From: Camelus ferus
Taxonomy: Eukaryota
Direction of reading: 5' to 3'
NCBI RefSeq assembly: GCF_009834535.1
Contig: NC_045696.1
Span: 48,982,001 to 49,046,000 of the forward strand
DNA length: 64,000 nucleotides
Shown: piece after piece, positions 25,030-37,820 of the stretch
How the letters are laid out: each line of letters begins with the position of its first letter
How positions within the stretch are numbered: position 1 is the first letter of the stretch
Notes under the pieces: generated by a model
Told to the model about the DNA's origin: nothing
Database searches by the model: none
What the model saw: the letters and a program-made list of their open reading frames with translations, nothing else
Position numbers and translations under genes: made by a program

Positions 25030-25575
25030 TAAGTAGCAACTGTACTTTCCAAGATGGCCACAACAAGATCTCCCATTCCACACCGCCTTCTACAATGAGA
25101 CACTGACACTCCTTCTCTGGAGCTTGGGGGTGGGAAGTACAGAGTGCCTAGACTTCTTTGAATCTAGCGACCTATAACAGAATTAACTTTACATGCTTTG
25201 GAGATAGATCATAAAACCTAGCTTCTACCTGGTTCTCCTAGGAAGCTCACCCTTGGAACACAGCCACCATGCTGTGAATGGATGACGGTCTATGAAGAGA
25301 CTCCATGTAGAAAGGAACTTAGGCCACTGGCCCACAGCATGGCTGGGCAAGCAGATGACAGCCAGCATGAACTTGCCAATTATGTGAGTGTACCATCTTG
25401 GCTATGAAACCTTCAGTCCAAAACAGAGCTGCCCCAGCTGTGTTGCATGGAACACAGAGGAGCCTCCCTGCCAAACTCTGACCAAATTGCAGATTCAGGA
25501 GCTAAATGAATGTCATTGTTCTAAACTACTAAGTTTTGAGGCAGGTTGTTATACAGCACTTACCCAAAATTACTA
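25030..25575 (+). mobile_element. MaLR solo LTR (MLT1F/G-like)
   Basis: 'ccaagatggccacaac', 'cagccaccatgctgtg', 'ccaaattgcagattcaggagctaaatgaatgtcattgttctaaactactaagttttgagg'. Confidence 0.8.
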
Positions 25576-26264
25576 AAGGTATATTTTAACTGTGATATTT
25601 TGGGGTATTTGTGCAAGTGTGTGTGTGTGTGTGCACATGTGCATTATAAAGCAAAGTACTGAGACTGTTGAAAAGGGTAATATATTACTTCTTCTTAAGC
25701 ACTGAATATGTAGTTCTGAACCTTTTTTTAATCAGCCTAATGCTGATCCCATGCCCCATCCCACTTAACTGATGAAAACTTCGTACTCACTCCCTTTAGG
25801 GGTTCTCCCATTATGTGCCCTGATCTGAGAGCTGTCTTCAGTGTCAAACACTGCAAAAGCTATCTGAAAGTGAAACAAAGTGTTGTTTCTGTGAATGGCA
25901 CATTTAATTTTGCATATACTGGAATTCTGTTCTTCACTGAATTGTTTATTCATTTTCTTGACAGTCATTTATTGAGAAATTATTATGTGCTTTTGTGCTT
26001 GGCACCATGCTGAGCACTAAGGATTAAAGATGCATTAGATTCCTTTGCGGTTAGATGCTAAGAAACTCATCCTATAGTCATGTAATAACTGTGTCTAAAC
26101 ACACAGAACCCCTCAGGTACGGTGATGAGCCATACTCAGAATGTCTGGTGAAGCTGGGGGCCCCTGCAGGGCGGGTCAGACTCCCCAGGGACCTCATACA
26201 ATCCTCCCGCTTTGAGACCTTACTACCTCTTCCCACACAAATCAAAAAAGGATCCTGCCCATCT

Positions 26265-26500
26265 GATGATAACAGATGCACATTTGTTGAGCTTGCACTG
26301 TGTGTCAAATTCTAAGTTCTTTAAATGTATTATCTGATTTAATTCTCGCCAAAGCTCTATGATGTAAGAATAATTATTCTTATTTTTCAGATGAGCAAAC
26401 TGGGGCACCAAAAAAGGAATCTGTTTGAGGTACATAGTTCCTAAGCGGTGAAGCCAGGAACTGAAGTGTATTCTCAGATGCTGGGTTTTACTGCTCTGTT
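26265..26500 (-). mobile_element. MIR SINE
   Basis: 'atttgttgagcttgcactgtgtgtc...tttttcagatgagcaaactgggg'. Confidence 0.7.
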
Positions 26501-26619
26501 ATCCTCACGGGCAAAGACCGGGAGCAATTCCCAGGAAATAAAAATACAAACTACATAATAAAATAAAGTCTAACCTTTTTTTTCCCTTGTGCTTCCTCTA
26601 GTTTCACTTGCTCTTAGGG

Positions 26620-26900
26620 TACGGCGCACTGAGGCCGGGCACCCGGCACTTCAGACCAGAGCTCCCGGTGCCAGACGGCCGCGCCGACACCTCAGCTCTG
26701 GAGTGTGTGCTGAAGCGCCGCCTGGGGCTCACCCAAGATGGCGGCGGCGGGCGCGTGCAGAGACGCCTGGAGCAGGAGCCTCGCGGCTGCGCGGGCCCCT
26801 CCCCCCTCCCTGCTGAGGAGGTGGGATCCCTGTACAGCAGCCCCGCCCAGGCCCCCCGGGGTGGGGGAGGCGTGTGGTCTGGAGCCTCAGCTCGCACCTC
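26620..26900. promoter_or_regulatory. Small CpG island / promoter with YY1 motif and GC box
   Basis: The most CpG-dense non-repeat segment in the window. CAAGATGGCGGC at 26734-26745 and CCCCGCCC at 26841-26848. Confidence 0.8.
26733..26830 (-). other. Candidate first exon of a minus-strand transcript (5' end uncertain)
   Basis: Minus strand 'gcccgccgccgccatcttgg|gtgagc' gives a GTGAG donor at 26732 inside the CpG island. Confidence 0.5.
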
Positions 26901-28055
26901 TCCAGGCTCTGATCAGAGAAAAAAAGCTCTCCTCTGCTTCTGAACCAGAGCTCCGTCTCATTCTACTGGTGCAAGTGACACAGGGCAGAGAGGACACTTG
27001 TTGGGGACCTGCTTGGGAGGGTTAGTAACATCACCTTCTGAATAAGCATTTAGAAGTTTCCACTGAATGTATTAATTTAATTTTTGATTAATGTAGAACG
27101 TCAAACCATAAGTCAGCTCATGATTTCCTACATTCTTCATGATACAAAATACTGTATTTTCATGTAGGGGTTACTTTGTAGCTGTTCCTTTAATTTTATC
27201 CACCCTTCTAATGAAAATACAATATTTGTAAGCAGGTGGTGAAAAAAAGCCAATCATCCATCTAGCCCAAAAGTATAGCAGAAGGCAGCTAACCAAACAA
27301 CATGTTCTTAGAGGTCATTACTGAGTCGAGGTTGATGCCCTGGCACATCTCTACCCCCACACCTGCTCCTTCTTAGGCTTGCTAACTTAGGCAATGTTAT
27401 CTTCTTAGAGAAGATCAAGAATTTACAACAGTTCTCTCTCAACTATGAATCAAAGCCACGTATAGAATACAAACATAGAGTTCAAATGGCCCCGTCTTAT
27501 TTCTCAGGACTTCCTCCTCCACACTTCTAAGCTACTCTTGTCTCCCCAGCATGTGGCCTGCACTGCCACACCTGTACTTTTCTTCACGGTGTTCTCCATC
27601 TAGATCATGACTTTCATGTCCTTCAGTGTTGTCCTGTTTTTCCTTCGAGGGGGACTTCCCCCTCAAAACACATCATGGCCAACACCTTATTAGGCCTCTC
27701 TACTGTTCAGATAAAGTCCTACGCCCTCTCTGTTCTCTCCCTTGTGACTACCTCTGTGCCATTTCTACCTTTACTCAAGGCCTAAGTTTCTGGCTCTGTC
27801 TTCTATCCCTGACCCATCTCTTAGACTGCCTACCCTTGGACAAATGACTCGTCTGAAATGGCTTCCCCATTTCTGCCAGCTTCCCATCAGATCTGGTCAC
27901 ACTTGTGCTCTGGCTTCATCCAGCCTCCAGGACTCATCCCAGTAATTTTAACTTGTTTAGCTGTGGGATTAGATAAGTCTAAACCATATTCTTCCTTCAA
28001 ACCCAACTCAGAATTACCTGTTCAAAGCACTCACCTCCTATATTCTGTCTTGCAG

Positions 28056-28158
28056 TAATCGTTCCTGTACAAGGCGGCCTATCAGTGTTCACTTACACAC
28101 TGTCAAACACACTCCTGAGCTCATCTGGAGACTTCTGATACTGTTCAGTAGTCGCAGG
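28056..28158 (+). other. Candidate 103-nt non-coding exon of a divergent plus-strand transcript
   Basis: 'tattctgtcttgcag|TAATCG...GTCGCAGG|gtgagt'. Consensus-like acceptor and donor, about 1.2 kb from the CpG island. Confidence 0.4.
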
Positions 28159-30809
28159 GTGAGTTCTTGTCTTACTTTCTCTGAACAGTCTGCAAATTAT
28201 TTGGCAGCACAGACAGGTTTTTCTACTTCTTCTATGTTTCCTGTGTTTTACTTTGAGAAAAAATAGCTTCAGTTTAGGCACAGATGTTCCATACTTGCTT
28301 ATTGAGAAGAACAAAAGAAAATTCTAGATCACAAACCCTGGAATTTATTGGCCACTTATATGGCCAGTCTTGGCATATTATTCAACAGATGGAAAAAGGA
28401 AATGGTAAAAGAGATTATTAGCATGTAGGAAGGGCTTCTCCCAATGATAATTTCTCCAAATTTCAATATACCTGGTAGGTGCCTCTATCATCATTTCATA
28501 AATAATCGTTGCCATAGTGAAGTATTGTTATTGACAGCGTATCTCCTATCATTCAGGAGGGTTTAAGCAGAAAAAGTTAAGAACCACTAATCTATTACAG
28601 CCATTGAGTAAACTGTCTTCACAATGAAGTTTTCTTAGAAAATGCTAATGACTTATAAAAAATGTTGCATTAAACTACGGCAGCTTATGATCAGATGAGT
28701 ATCTGTTCAGCCTTACAAATAAAAAATAAAGGCCAAATAATATTGATTTCACAGGTTTTAACAATAAAGGGGTTTTGACTTGTCAAATTCTGAGAGAAAA
28801 GTTTCCTCGAGAGAAACTCAAATTGGGAATAAATAAATATGAAAACTATTTGCTCCCTGTGATTCCCCCCAGAAATGAATTTAGTTCTCTTTGAAGTAAA
28901 GATTGCCATGAGTTGCTTAACCCTTGTATATCACGTAGTGAAGTTAATGTTTTGTTTTGTTTTCTAAGAATTCAGTAAGCATTACAATGTCAAAAGCTTT
29001 CTACTACAAAACAGCCACTAGGCTTTTTCAGAGATACTACCTCATGAAATTCTCAAAACCACCTCTGGGGTGTTACTATCCCCCTTTTTCAGATGAGGAG
29101 ACCAAAGATTAATGCACTTACGCAAACAGCCAAAGCTACACAATAGCAAATGGCAAAACCAGGATTCAGTATTTACTTTTAACTTTAAAATCCTGACTCA
29201 GACAGATATTTCCCAACCACTTATTACATAATTATGTAGCAGGTAGAATTAAACAACTTAGAGTTAAAGAGATACAGACTTTTGCTTCATCATTTTAATT
29301 TTAAAATGGAAACAAATTTTAAATTAAGATGGATGAGAGCTTTTCAAAAAGGAGTTATGGGATTACTGTTTTATTTTTCATCTATGATCTTCTTTGCATA
29401 AATTTTAGCCAGAGATTCTTATTGAGGATCACAGGCCAAGTAGAAGTTTTGGTACTAAATGCTGACTGAAATGTGTTCTTTTTTTTGTATTTACAGTCAT
29501 TATAATTCTGCTTTCTCTCAAGTAAAGGGCCAGATATTAGGAGATACTTCTCACAGCGGTTGTTAAAAACCCCAGTTACTGTGTCATCACTCTGTGAACT
29601 GACCCATTGTCCTGCTCACCAGAAGGGCTACCCTGTGATGAGCCAGCACTGTGTATGTTCACAGGCACCCAAGAATCAGAGCAGGTGACTACAACTAGGA
29701 AAGAAGTCAAGTTCACATTAGAAATCAGTTGAAACAGAATCTCAGTATTTTAAATTAATTCAAAATTATATAACTTTAAATTTAAAGATTCTTTTAACCT
29801 GCTCTGAGGGTTTCTCTTCACGTAGACTATAAACCTCAATTAAAATAACCTTCCTGTATTAAAATAGCCTTTCCTTGAGCCTCTCACCAACTGCAGGACT
29901 GACTCTAAGGCTCAGGGATCAGTGGGGAGGGGAGAAACAAGAATCCTAGTCAAAGACAAAGACAGTTCCTCCAGCACTGTGAACCAGAGCGGTGAGAAAG
30001 CCCACCCCACAGCGTCCAAGCTGGGAGCAGAGCTGCAGTTCTTTACAGCTGACAGAGTATCGCTCAAGAAGTCTGCACCAGTCCCATCTCCCATATACAA
30101 CAGCTGTCCTCATGACCTGAATTTGAAAAAATGAAGAACACTATGCCTTGGCCACACAGTCCAGTGGTTTGAATCCTCCAGTTTTGTTTTTCTTTCCTTT
30201 TGTCTTGAAAGAGGCCTTGTCAAATCAGAATGAAAAGAATGTTCTAAAGTGTGAGAAAATTCGAATTTCCTATTTAAAGCCTGGAGTTAGAAGGAGTATG
30301 CTCACTTATTTCAGGGTCACTGGGTGACACAGAAGAGGCTGTCTCCCTGCTACCCAAGTCCCACACCATTCACCTGAAAACGGTTTAGAAACATTCTCAA
30401 GTCTATTCGCTTTCTATGGGGCCTAATGCATCTTTGCCGTGCTTTGTCCTGTGACGCTGTCAAGTGGAGGGCCCTGCTTTGATTATGTACTAGCCGTGTT
30501 TTCTTGGTCATTTCTCAGTTAAGTTATTGTCTCAGCTTAATTGGTTGTAATAATTAAAACTTTGTTTATATTACACTGCAATTTTCTTTTACCAATGATA
30601 CTTACGTTAACTATTTTATTATCTACTGCCTAATACAGAAATTCTATCTGGAAGAGATAATCTTATTAAATGGATTCTTTTTTATAGGACTATTATTATT
30701 ATATATGTATTAAGGCTAAAATTTAAATTTTTGCAAATAAGAGAAATTGCCTGCTCTTGACATTACAGAGTTAGACTAGAAACAAAGAGAATTTATCATA
30801 TTATAATAA

Positions 30810-31110
30810 CTGAGAGGTAGAATGTAATGCATATAAGCTTCAGAGACTAATAAATCTGGGTCTGGATTCTGCATTAAGACTTACCAAGTCCTGGGACCTT
30901 TCTGAACTTAAATTATCTTATCTTTAAAATGAAAATATTAATACCAGCCCTATGCAGATTGCTTGAAGATTACAGATGATTTATAAAAAGCACAATATTT
31001 GATCTGTTAGCTATTATTTGTTTTAGCTTTGCCACTAACCAGCTACGTCATCTTGAGAGAGCTACTTTTGTATCAGGTTCCCCTGATAAATAAGAGGGCA
31101 GAACTAGATA
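30810..31110 (+). mobile_element. MIR fragments
   Basis: 'aaatctgggtctggattctgc...ttatcttatctttaaaatgaaaatattaatacc' and 'ccactaaccagctacgtcatcttgagaga'. Confidence 0.6.
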
Positions 31111-33691
31111 ATTTCTACTTTTTCTGCCAAAACCCATTTAATAAGTAGACCTTCTCTGTTGGTTCTTTGCATAACTTTACATGAGCCAGAGTTTTTTCAT
31201 GTTAAAATTGACAGGTGAGTAAAGATGACATTAGCTGGAATTTGGACAGTAATGTGAGGACAAAGTGACAAAAACAAAATGGTTAGAGGAAGTATTTCAG
31301 TCTGGGATGGTGGAACAAGAGCCAGAGCAAATGCAACCACATGTAGAAAAGAAAACCATAGATTCCTGGTTAATCTGCTTAAAGAACTAGTATTATGATT
31401 CCCTATTGGTTTTAACGGGTGATCTTAGAAAAGTCACTGGAAAAGTTTAATCAACCTACAGCAATGAGACACCTGCCACCTACCAGGTTCTTGGAGTTCT
31501 CGTGGAAAAAAAGGGAAATAAATACATTAAATATGATCATTTTCGTACTTGTCAATTATCTGTGTTTACAATATATTTGTAATATCTGCTTATCTGCCTT
31601 GCAGGAAAACAATTTTCAAAAATGACCCCTAAGCTTTATCTCCCATCAACAGTAGTAGGCTTTATTTTTTAATTTGTTTTTCCTTTGATACAGCCATACT
31701 AACTTTCTAAATATATTTTACAAAAACAACTTTATTAAGCCATAAACCATGTTTAATAATTCAAGCCATAAAGACAACAACACAAAATTTGAAACCTGAG
31801 AACATACAGTTCTTTATTTACAAATGCATCAGAAGAGAGGTGGACACCTTTCTCCCATTTGTAAGCAAGGGGTCAAGACACATAAGCAAAAGAGTTTCTA
31901 GATTAAGTGCTTACACAGATCTTTCCTTTTCTGAAATCTGTCCTTTAAATTTGGAGTAAATAAACCTTATATGAAAATCAGTATGGGAGACAGGGTTGGA
32001 GACATGGCTAACTAGACTCCAACTAAGTTTTTCTATGATAGAACAGCTCATTCTGAAACATCTTATGAGAAGAAACAATAACAATAATAAAGTATTAATA
32101 GCAAAACTAATATCTACCTTCCTTTGCACTTAACTAATAGGCTCAATGACTCAAGACTTTACATATATTATGCCTTGCCTGGGAGTACATTTCTTGTATT
32201 AAATTGAGAAAATATATACACAAATATAGTTATGATAATTTGAAATTTCATGTAATAGCTTGAGCCCATTTATAATGGTCTATTAGCTCTGTCAAAATCA
32301 TATACTCTCTAAAACAAAAAATCAATGACTTTTTAAACAACTAAAGGTATCAAAGCATGACTTTAGAAAGGTGCCCCATTTTATTCCAAGCACTGAGATG
32401 ACATTTTGCAAAATTTCTAATTCCAATTTGAGATTCTCAACACACCACACCACAAGACTTCTTCAATTCCGATCTTTACCAGTTACCTCCAAGGCAGTCT
32501 TTGGGATCTTTGCCACTGCCCTTGCAACTCTTTCTATTCGCTTCCCAACTACATTCTCTCAACAGTTCAAAGCCCTGTTCCAGGTAAGAAAAAACCAACA
32601 TGCTGGTCATCTTCTCTAATTCTAATACAGTAACTATTAGGGTCAGTCTTAAGGAAGGAAGAAAATAAAGTATACAACTTCCTTCTTACACAGATATTTT
32701 ACACATTTATTGATGTGTATAATTTTATTTATTAACCTTATATGAGTTGGGAAACCGGGATGAGTAGGAAGTAACAACAGGTAATTAAAGCTACAGAGAA
32801 ACACTCAAACTTTTCTTAAATGTACTCCCTCCTCAAAGGGGGGCTATAAGATTAATTTAAACTCTTATTTTATATCCTGGGAAGAGGATTAATCTAGCAC
32901 ACAGGAAAAGGAGGAAATGAAATGATTTTGAACTTTTTTTAAACTACTTACTGTCTTTAGGATTCTCAGAAGAACTCAGGATTCTGTGAGAGTCCGGCTG
33001 AAGAATGACAAGGAAGGAGCACTACATAGTGCGACTGTGTTTTCAATGCAGAGAGAACACCAGAGGCACACTTCAGAAGCCAGGTATCTTACTAAAAAGT
33101 AACAGAAAGAAAACCAGACAATGCTTAGAGATTGGAGAATAATAGTGGTTTCGTGTCCAAGAATAGTAGCCACCACCACCCAGCGAGGCATAGCCAAATC
33201 AAGTAGAAAGTGGCAGAATTTCAACAAAGTACTGAAAATGACGAATGCAAAATGAATCTTTAGCCAAAGGTTAAAAAAAAAAAAAAAGGGAGGGAGGAGT
33301 GGGACATAAGAAGTCTCCACTTGGTGGTCGTTATCAGGAGACATTATTCAAAATGATGAAATTGTATGGCTTCCATCCTCAGAGAAGTTAGCAAAAATTA
33401 AGCCAAATGAATACATGAGTAAAATACGCATGAATGTTGGGAACCACTGCCCCAGTGTGACTCCCACATCAGCATAATGGGAGGAAGTAGGAAGCAATCC
33501 CACTACTGCACACAGTATTAAAAGCCTCAAAGTTACTTTGCTTTTACTACCTCTTTAGGCTGGGGGATCTCAACCTAAGAGGAGCTCTCTCTTTGACAGA
33601 CAAGAACTCAACTGACAGGAACAAAGACATAGAGAAAACTATAAAATTAAATGCAAGGGAAACCTAAATCAATTTCAACTTGCTACAGGGT

Positions 33692-35043
33692 TTAGTGAGG
33701 CTGCGCTTTGTTTTTGCCCCAAACCTGCAGCAGACCAGGTCTCAGAGCCTTAGCATCACCTCCTGCCTCAGCCTGCTTGGTGCTCTCTCTTCTGGGAGAC
33801 TTCCTCTTTCTAGCCCTTGAGAAGGTCTGGCAGACACAGTTTAAAAAACGACCGAAGCAGAGCGGTGGTGATGCCAAGGATGTTACTGCAGGAGAAGAGG
33901 GTCCGAGCTCCTGGGATACTGAGAGCTCACAGGGCTGGATCTGACATTCCTGATGCATTACACAAGCACTTTTATTTGCCGACTCTGTAATCTGTCCTGC
34001 AAGTAGAAGAAGAAGGCTAAAAGCCCTCAACGCTGACGCACATACTCTGAGCCAGTTCTTTCATGCTCTATGTGGGGCCCGAGGATCCTAGTTTGCTTCT
34101 CAAGCTCCTTACCCCCAACTCCTCCCACTCCAGGTGAAGAGTTGTCATGTTTTCTCCTATGGAAGAGTGGCAAGCCCAGAGTGTTGCCACCCACTGCCCC
34201 ATCCCTACCTCATTGGGACAGTCAGGATCATCTTCCTTGGCACTGAGTAAGGGTCCGCTTTTTATCTACTGCCTCATCTTCTTCAATTTGTGGTGGTACC
34301 GAAGGCGCTGGAAGAATGCTGGGGCAGTGGGTCTGCACCTTCTCCTCCCTCTTGCTCTTTCTCATTCTCCTTTTCCATACGACCTTCCTACGATGTCTGT
34401 GCCTTTTTGGAAGTGGATCGAGCTTTCTCTTCGGAACTGGAGGCATGACAGGATCTTTTGAAACATCACCCACTTGACTCTCAGATGTCCCCTCCAATGG
34501 CTCTGATGATAATTCTGAACTTCTCTTCAGAGGGTCATTCTCCCATGGGTGGAATCCATCCTCTGTATCTTGAGTATCTGGTGATATGTTCAAGTCATCA
34601 GTGATATGATTTGGGATGGAGATTGGAGACTCCCAACCTTTCTCACTGAGGGTTTTTTCCTGATCCACTATGCTGATCCCAGCCAGCTTTGCAGAAACAA
34701 GGAGCTCACAACAAAAGGACCAAGAGTCAAATGCTAAAGAAAGTAGTTGGTTACCTGACTCTGACTCTTTCCAATGATTTACCCTCAGCTACCATAGACA
34801 TGGCAGCTGAACTGATCTCAGATTTCCCCTCTGGACTTATCTAAAGGAGTTCAATGGCCTTAAGAAATGGAGTCCTCAGGCTGTTCTTCCTGGTCTGGGA
34901 GATCTCAGCTTCCCTAGAAGAGGAGAGAAAGTCACTGAAGGAATTGCTCCATGGACAATGGAGTCCCTCCTAGTCACATAAAATCCATGGTTTAATAAGA
35001 TTCAGCCAAACCTAGCATAGATTCCTTGGCAGAAACTTACCAT
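33692..35043 (-). pseudogene. Spliced gene model for an uncharacterised ~260-aa basic/Pro-rich protein, broken by two frameshifts
   Basis: Exon 34686-34209 (aag|CTG ... GAG|gtaggg) and exon 33996-33692 (cttctacttgcag|GAC ... TAA), both with long open frames in unique sequence. In-frame candidate initiator ATG|gtaagt at 35043-35041. A +1 shift near 34252 and a -1 shift near 33975 are needed to join the frames. Confidence 0.6.
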
Positions 35044-35053
35044 CTCTCCAGAG

Positions 35054-35223
35054 TAGCGGTCTCCATGTATGTCAGAATCACCTGGGGTGCTCATTGGAAA
35101 AGCAGACTTCTGGGACATACCCTAGATTTGTAATCAAAATCTATAAAGCTGGATTCCAGGAATTTGCATTTTTTCTTAGTTATTTAAGTGATTTTCATGC
35201 ACTCTGAAATTTGAAAACTACTG
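35054..35223. mobile_element. MER5-family hAT MITE
   Basis: 'tcagaatcacctggggtgctc...ccaggaatttgcatttttt...gtgattttcatgcactctgaaatttgaaaactactg'. Confidence 0.75.
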
Positions 35224-35723
35224 CTTTAGAGGGACACTACATCTAGTATTCTACAGGGGTTACAGGGATGATGGTTTTTTAAAAAAATCCCACTTTCCCC
35301 TACAGTTTTTCCTGATCATTTCAGTCCATGGCGACTTCTCTCCTCTGAGCTCCTTTAAGCATTATCACTAAATTTGGAATGTTATCCTTATTATTTTCTA
35401 TTATAATTTAACTTCTGAGCCTTGTAACTCTGTCGTCTAAATAGATTATAAGCTTCTGAAGGGCAGAGAGTCTCTTAGACTTGTTACTTTCCACAGTGGC
35501 TTGCCAGTATTAGATGCTTAATAAATTGAATAAGCGAATGAAAATATGAATAGGTTTGTACCCAGTGGACAGTGATTGTACGAGATGAGGCTTCTCTGTA
35601 GGAAGAGTTAGAGAGTAATAGGATGCTAACAAGGACACAGGCCCTGGGGAAAACCTAATCCAGTTCTCAAAATTTACAGATGGAGAAGCTGACACTCAAG
35701 TAAGATAATGACCACCTAATGCT

Positions 35724-35940
35724 GGCCCTGGCAAATATTTTCTATAAAGGATCTAATAGGAAATACTTTACACTCTGTGGGCCATGTGGTTCTGTTACAA
35801 ATACTCATCTCTGCTCATAGCATGAAAGATCCACAGTCAATAAGTAAACAAATAATCATGGCTGTGTTCCAATAAAACTTTATTTACAAAAACAGGTTGT
35901 AGTCCAGATTAGGCAGCAAGCCACAGTTTGCCAGTCCCTG
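35724..35940. mobile_element. MER58A-like hAT MITE nested in a MIR (about 35660-36020)
   Basis: 'ggcaaatattttctataaagg...catggctgtgttccaataaaactttatttacaaaaacagg...cagtttgccagtccctg'. MIR text resumes on both sides. Confidence 0.85.
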
Positions 35941-37279
35941 GCCTAGAGTCATACAAGTAGCCGGCAGCACAGCTGGGATCGGAAGTCAAGTCACCTAACT
36001 CCCAGCAAGTGCTCTTTCCACAGAAGAGTGGGAGATTATAGAATAAGAAAGGGCCTTTTTAATTAAAAGGGAGACTTCAAAGAAGGAAAATGTGTCTGGG
36101 TTGTAGCACTTCTAAGATGGTCTCTTACGACCGGTTGTCATCTTCACAAACAACTAGTAGTTGATTCTGAAACTGATCAATTTTCAAACAGATCCATCAG
36201 TTGGGAAGTGGGCGGAGTACATTGAATATTTTCTATCATACTTCCCTAGGAAAGCATGCTATTCGGTCCCTTTTTGACTGAGGGAAAAATCCTACAGAAA
36301 GATAATGGAAAATATTTTCATTATTCATTTCTTAAAATGATCATGACCTGGTGAATACAAATTCACAGTCCAGTGATCAAAAACTTCAAGTAGCTACCAG
36401 AGGACCATGGAGGCAGAGATAGGAGAGGTTATCTAAGAAGCTAAAACCTCACTTCCTAACCCAAGATGCTCTTTAATAATGAAAGTGACCCTAGTATTAA
36501 AGATTATGTTGTCCAGAATCCTGAGGTTATTTTTGTATTCTGGGCTTTCCAGGAACTATGAGGTCCATCCAAATTCTGTTCTATTTTTATTTCTACCCCT
36601 AATGTGTTCTTCGTGTCCTTGCTTTGCCTTCACAAAGTAGATGCTCAACAAATATTTGTTGACTGGTGGATTAATGGATGGATGAGTAAATGAATGAAGG
36701 AATGAATGAACCCGGTGCTTTTAGGAAGTTCCTTGTTTTGGAGCTATAAAGAATAAAGCAGAGTTGGTACACTTGGCAAGAGGACACCGAGTACGAAGTT
36801 ACCTGTCTGTAAATCTAACAGTGCCTTCACATAGCAAATGTCAATAAAAGTTTCATGAATGAATTAATGTATTTGGTGTAAGCCACTTAAATTACATGTG
36901 AAGTCCAAAGAATATTGCTTATCACAAAAGATGGTATCTGAGGACAGACTTTATTTACCAATACGTTAACAGAGAATCCTTTGTAATTTGCTTCAGTTCC
37001 ACAGTGTTAGGGAAGTGTGGTAAAATCTTTGAGAGAGAGAAAAGCTCCATTGAATAAGTGGGAGAAGTATGTAGGCTCAAGTTCTATCTCTCTGCTGTAT
37101 CAGAAGCAACTAGGAAGACAGCAACTGTTGAAACAGCAGCCAGAGGAGCCTTCAAAGAGACGGGGATGGAACTAAAAAAGAGAAGTCATCTGGGCAGTCA
37201 AGACTTTAAAAGTCAATCCGGCTTCTCTGCTGCCTAGAAATGGCCCTGAGTCGTATCTTCATCAGGCCTCAACTATACT

Positions 37280-37820
37280 TTGACTCATGCTTCAACCATA
37301 CCTCTAATTCACCCTCCACAAATGAGCTAGAATAATCTCTCTAAAACAAATCTGATCACATCACTCTCCTATTTAAAGCTCTGCTCCCTATTCCCCCAGA
37401 AAGATACAGGTCCTTTGTGATCTGATTCCGTGTCACCTGTCCAACTTCAAGTCCACCAGCCACCCTCAGATATCTTGTGCTGCTGTGAAAACTGACCACT
37501 CGCCACTTCCTGAGAGCACCATACTTCTTTAAACACTCTTCTTTTTGTCTGAAATGCCCCGTCCCCTCTTTGCTACCCGGCCAAGTGATAGTATCCTCTC
37601 TCCTAAGAGGACTTAGCTGACTTTCCCAGGCAGAAAAAAAATTGTTGATTCAGGTAACATTCTGCACATACAAAAATCATCACTTTGAATTGTAATAACC
37701 TATTTAGATACCTGTCTCCTTCACTAGGCTCGGAGCCCCCTGAGGGCAGGAAGTCTTGCTCATCCCTTGGTCCCTAGTGTCTCCATGGGGCTTGGCACCT
37801 GGAAGGTGTTCAGTGTTTGT
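37280..37820 (+). mobile_element. L2 fragment
   Basis: 'ctaaaacaaatctgatcacatcactctcctatttaaagc', 'ctgtctccttcactaggctcggagccccctgagggcagg'. Confidence 0.7.

Noticed and set aside
26738..27025. MAAAGA... ORF as a bona fide protein-coding gene
   Set aside because: The ATG is part of the YY1 motif, the peptide matches nothing I recognise, and I see no downstream plus-strand coding exons. Kept only as a hypothesis.
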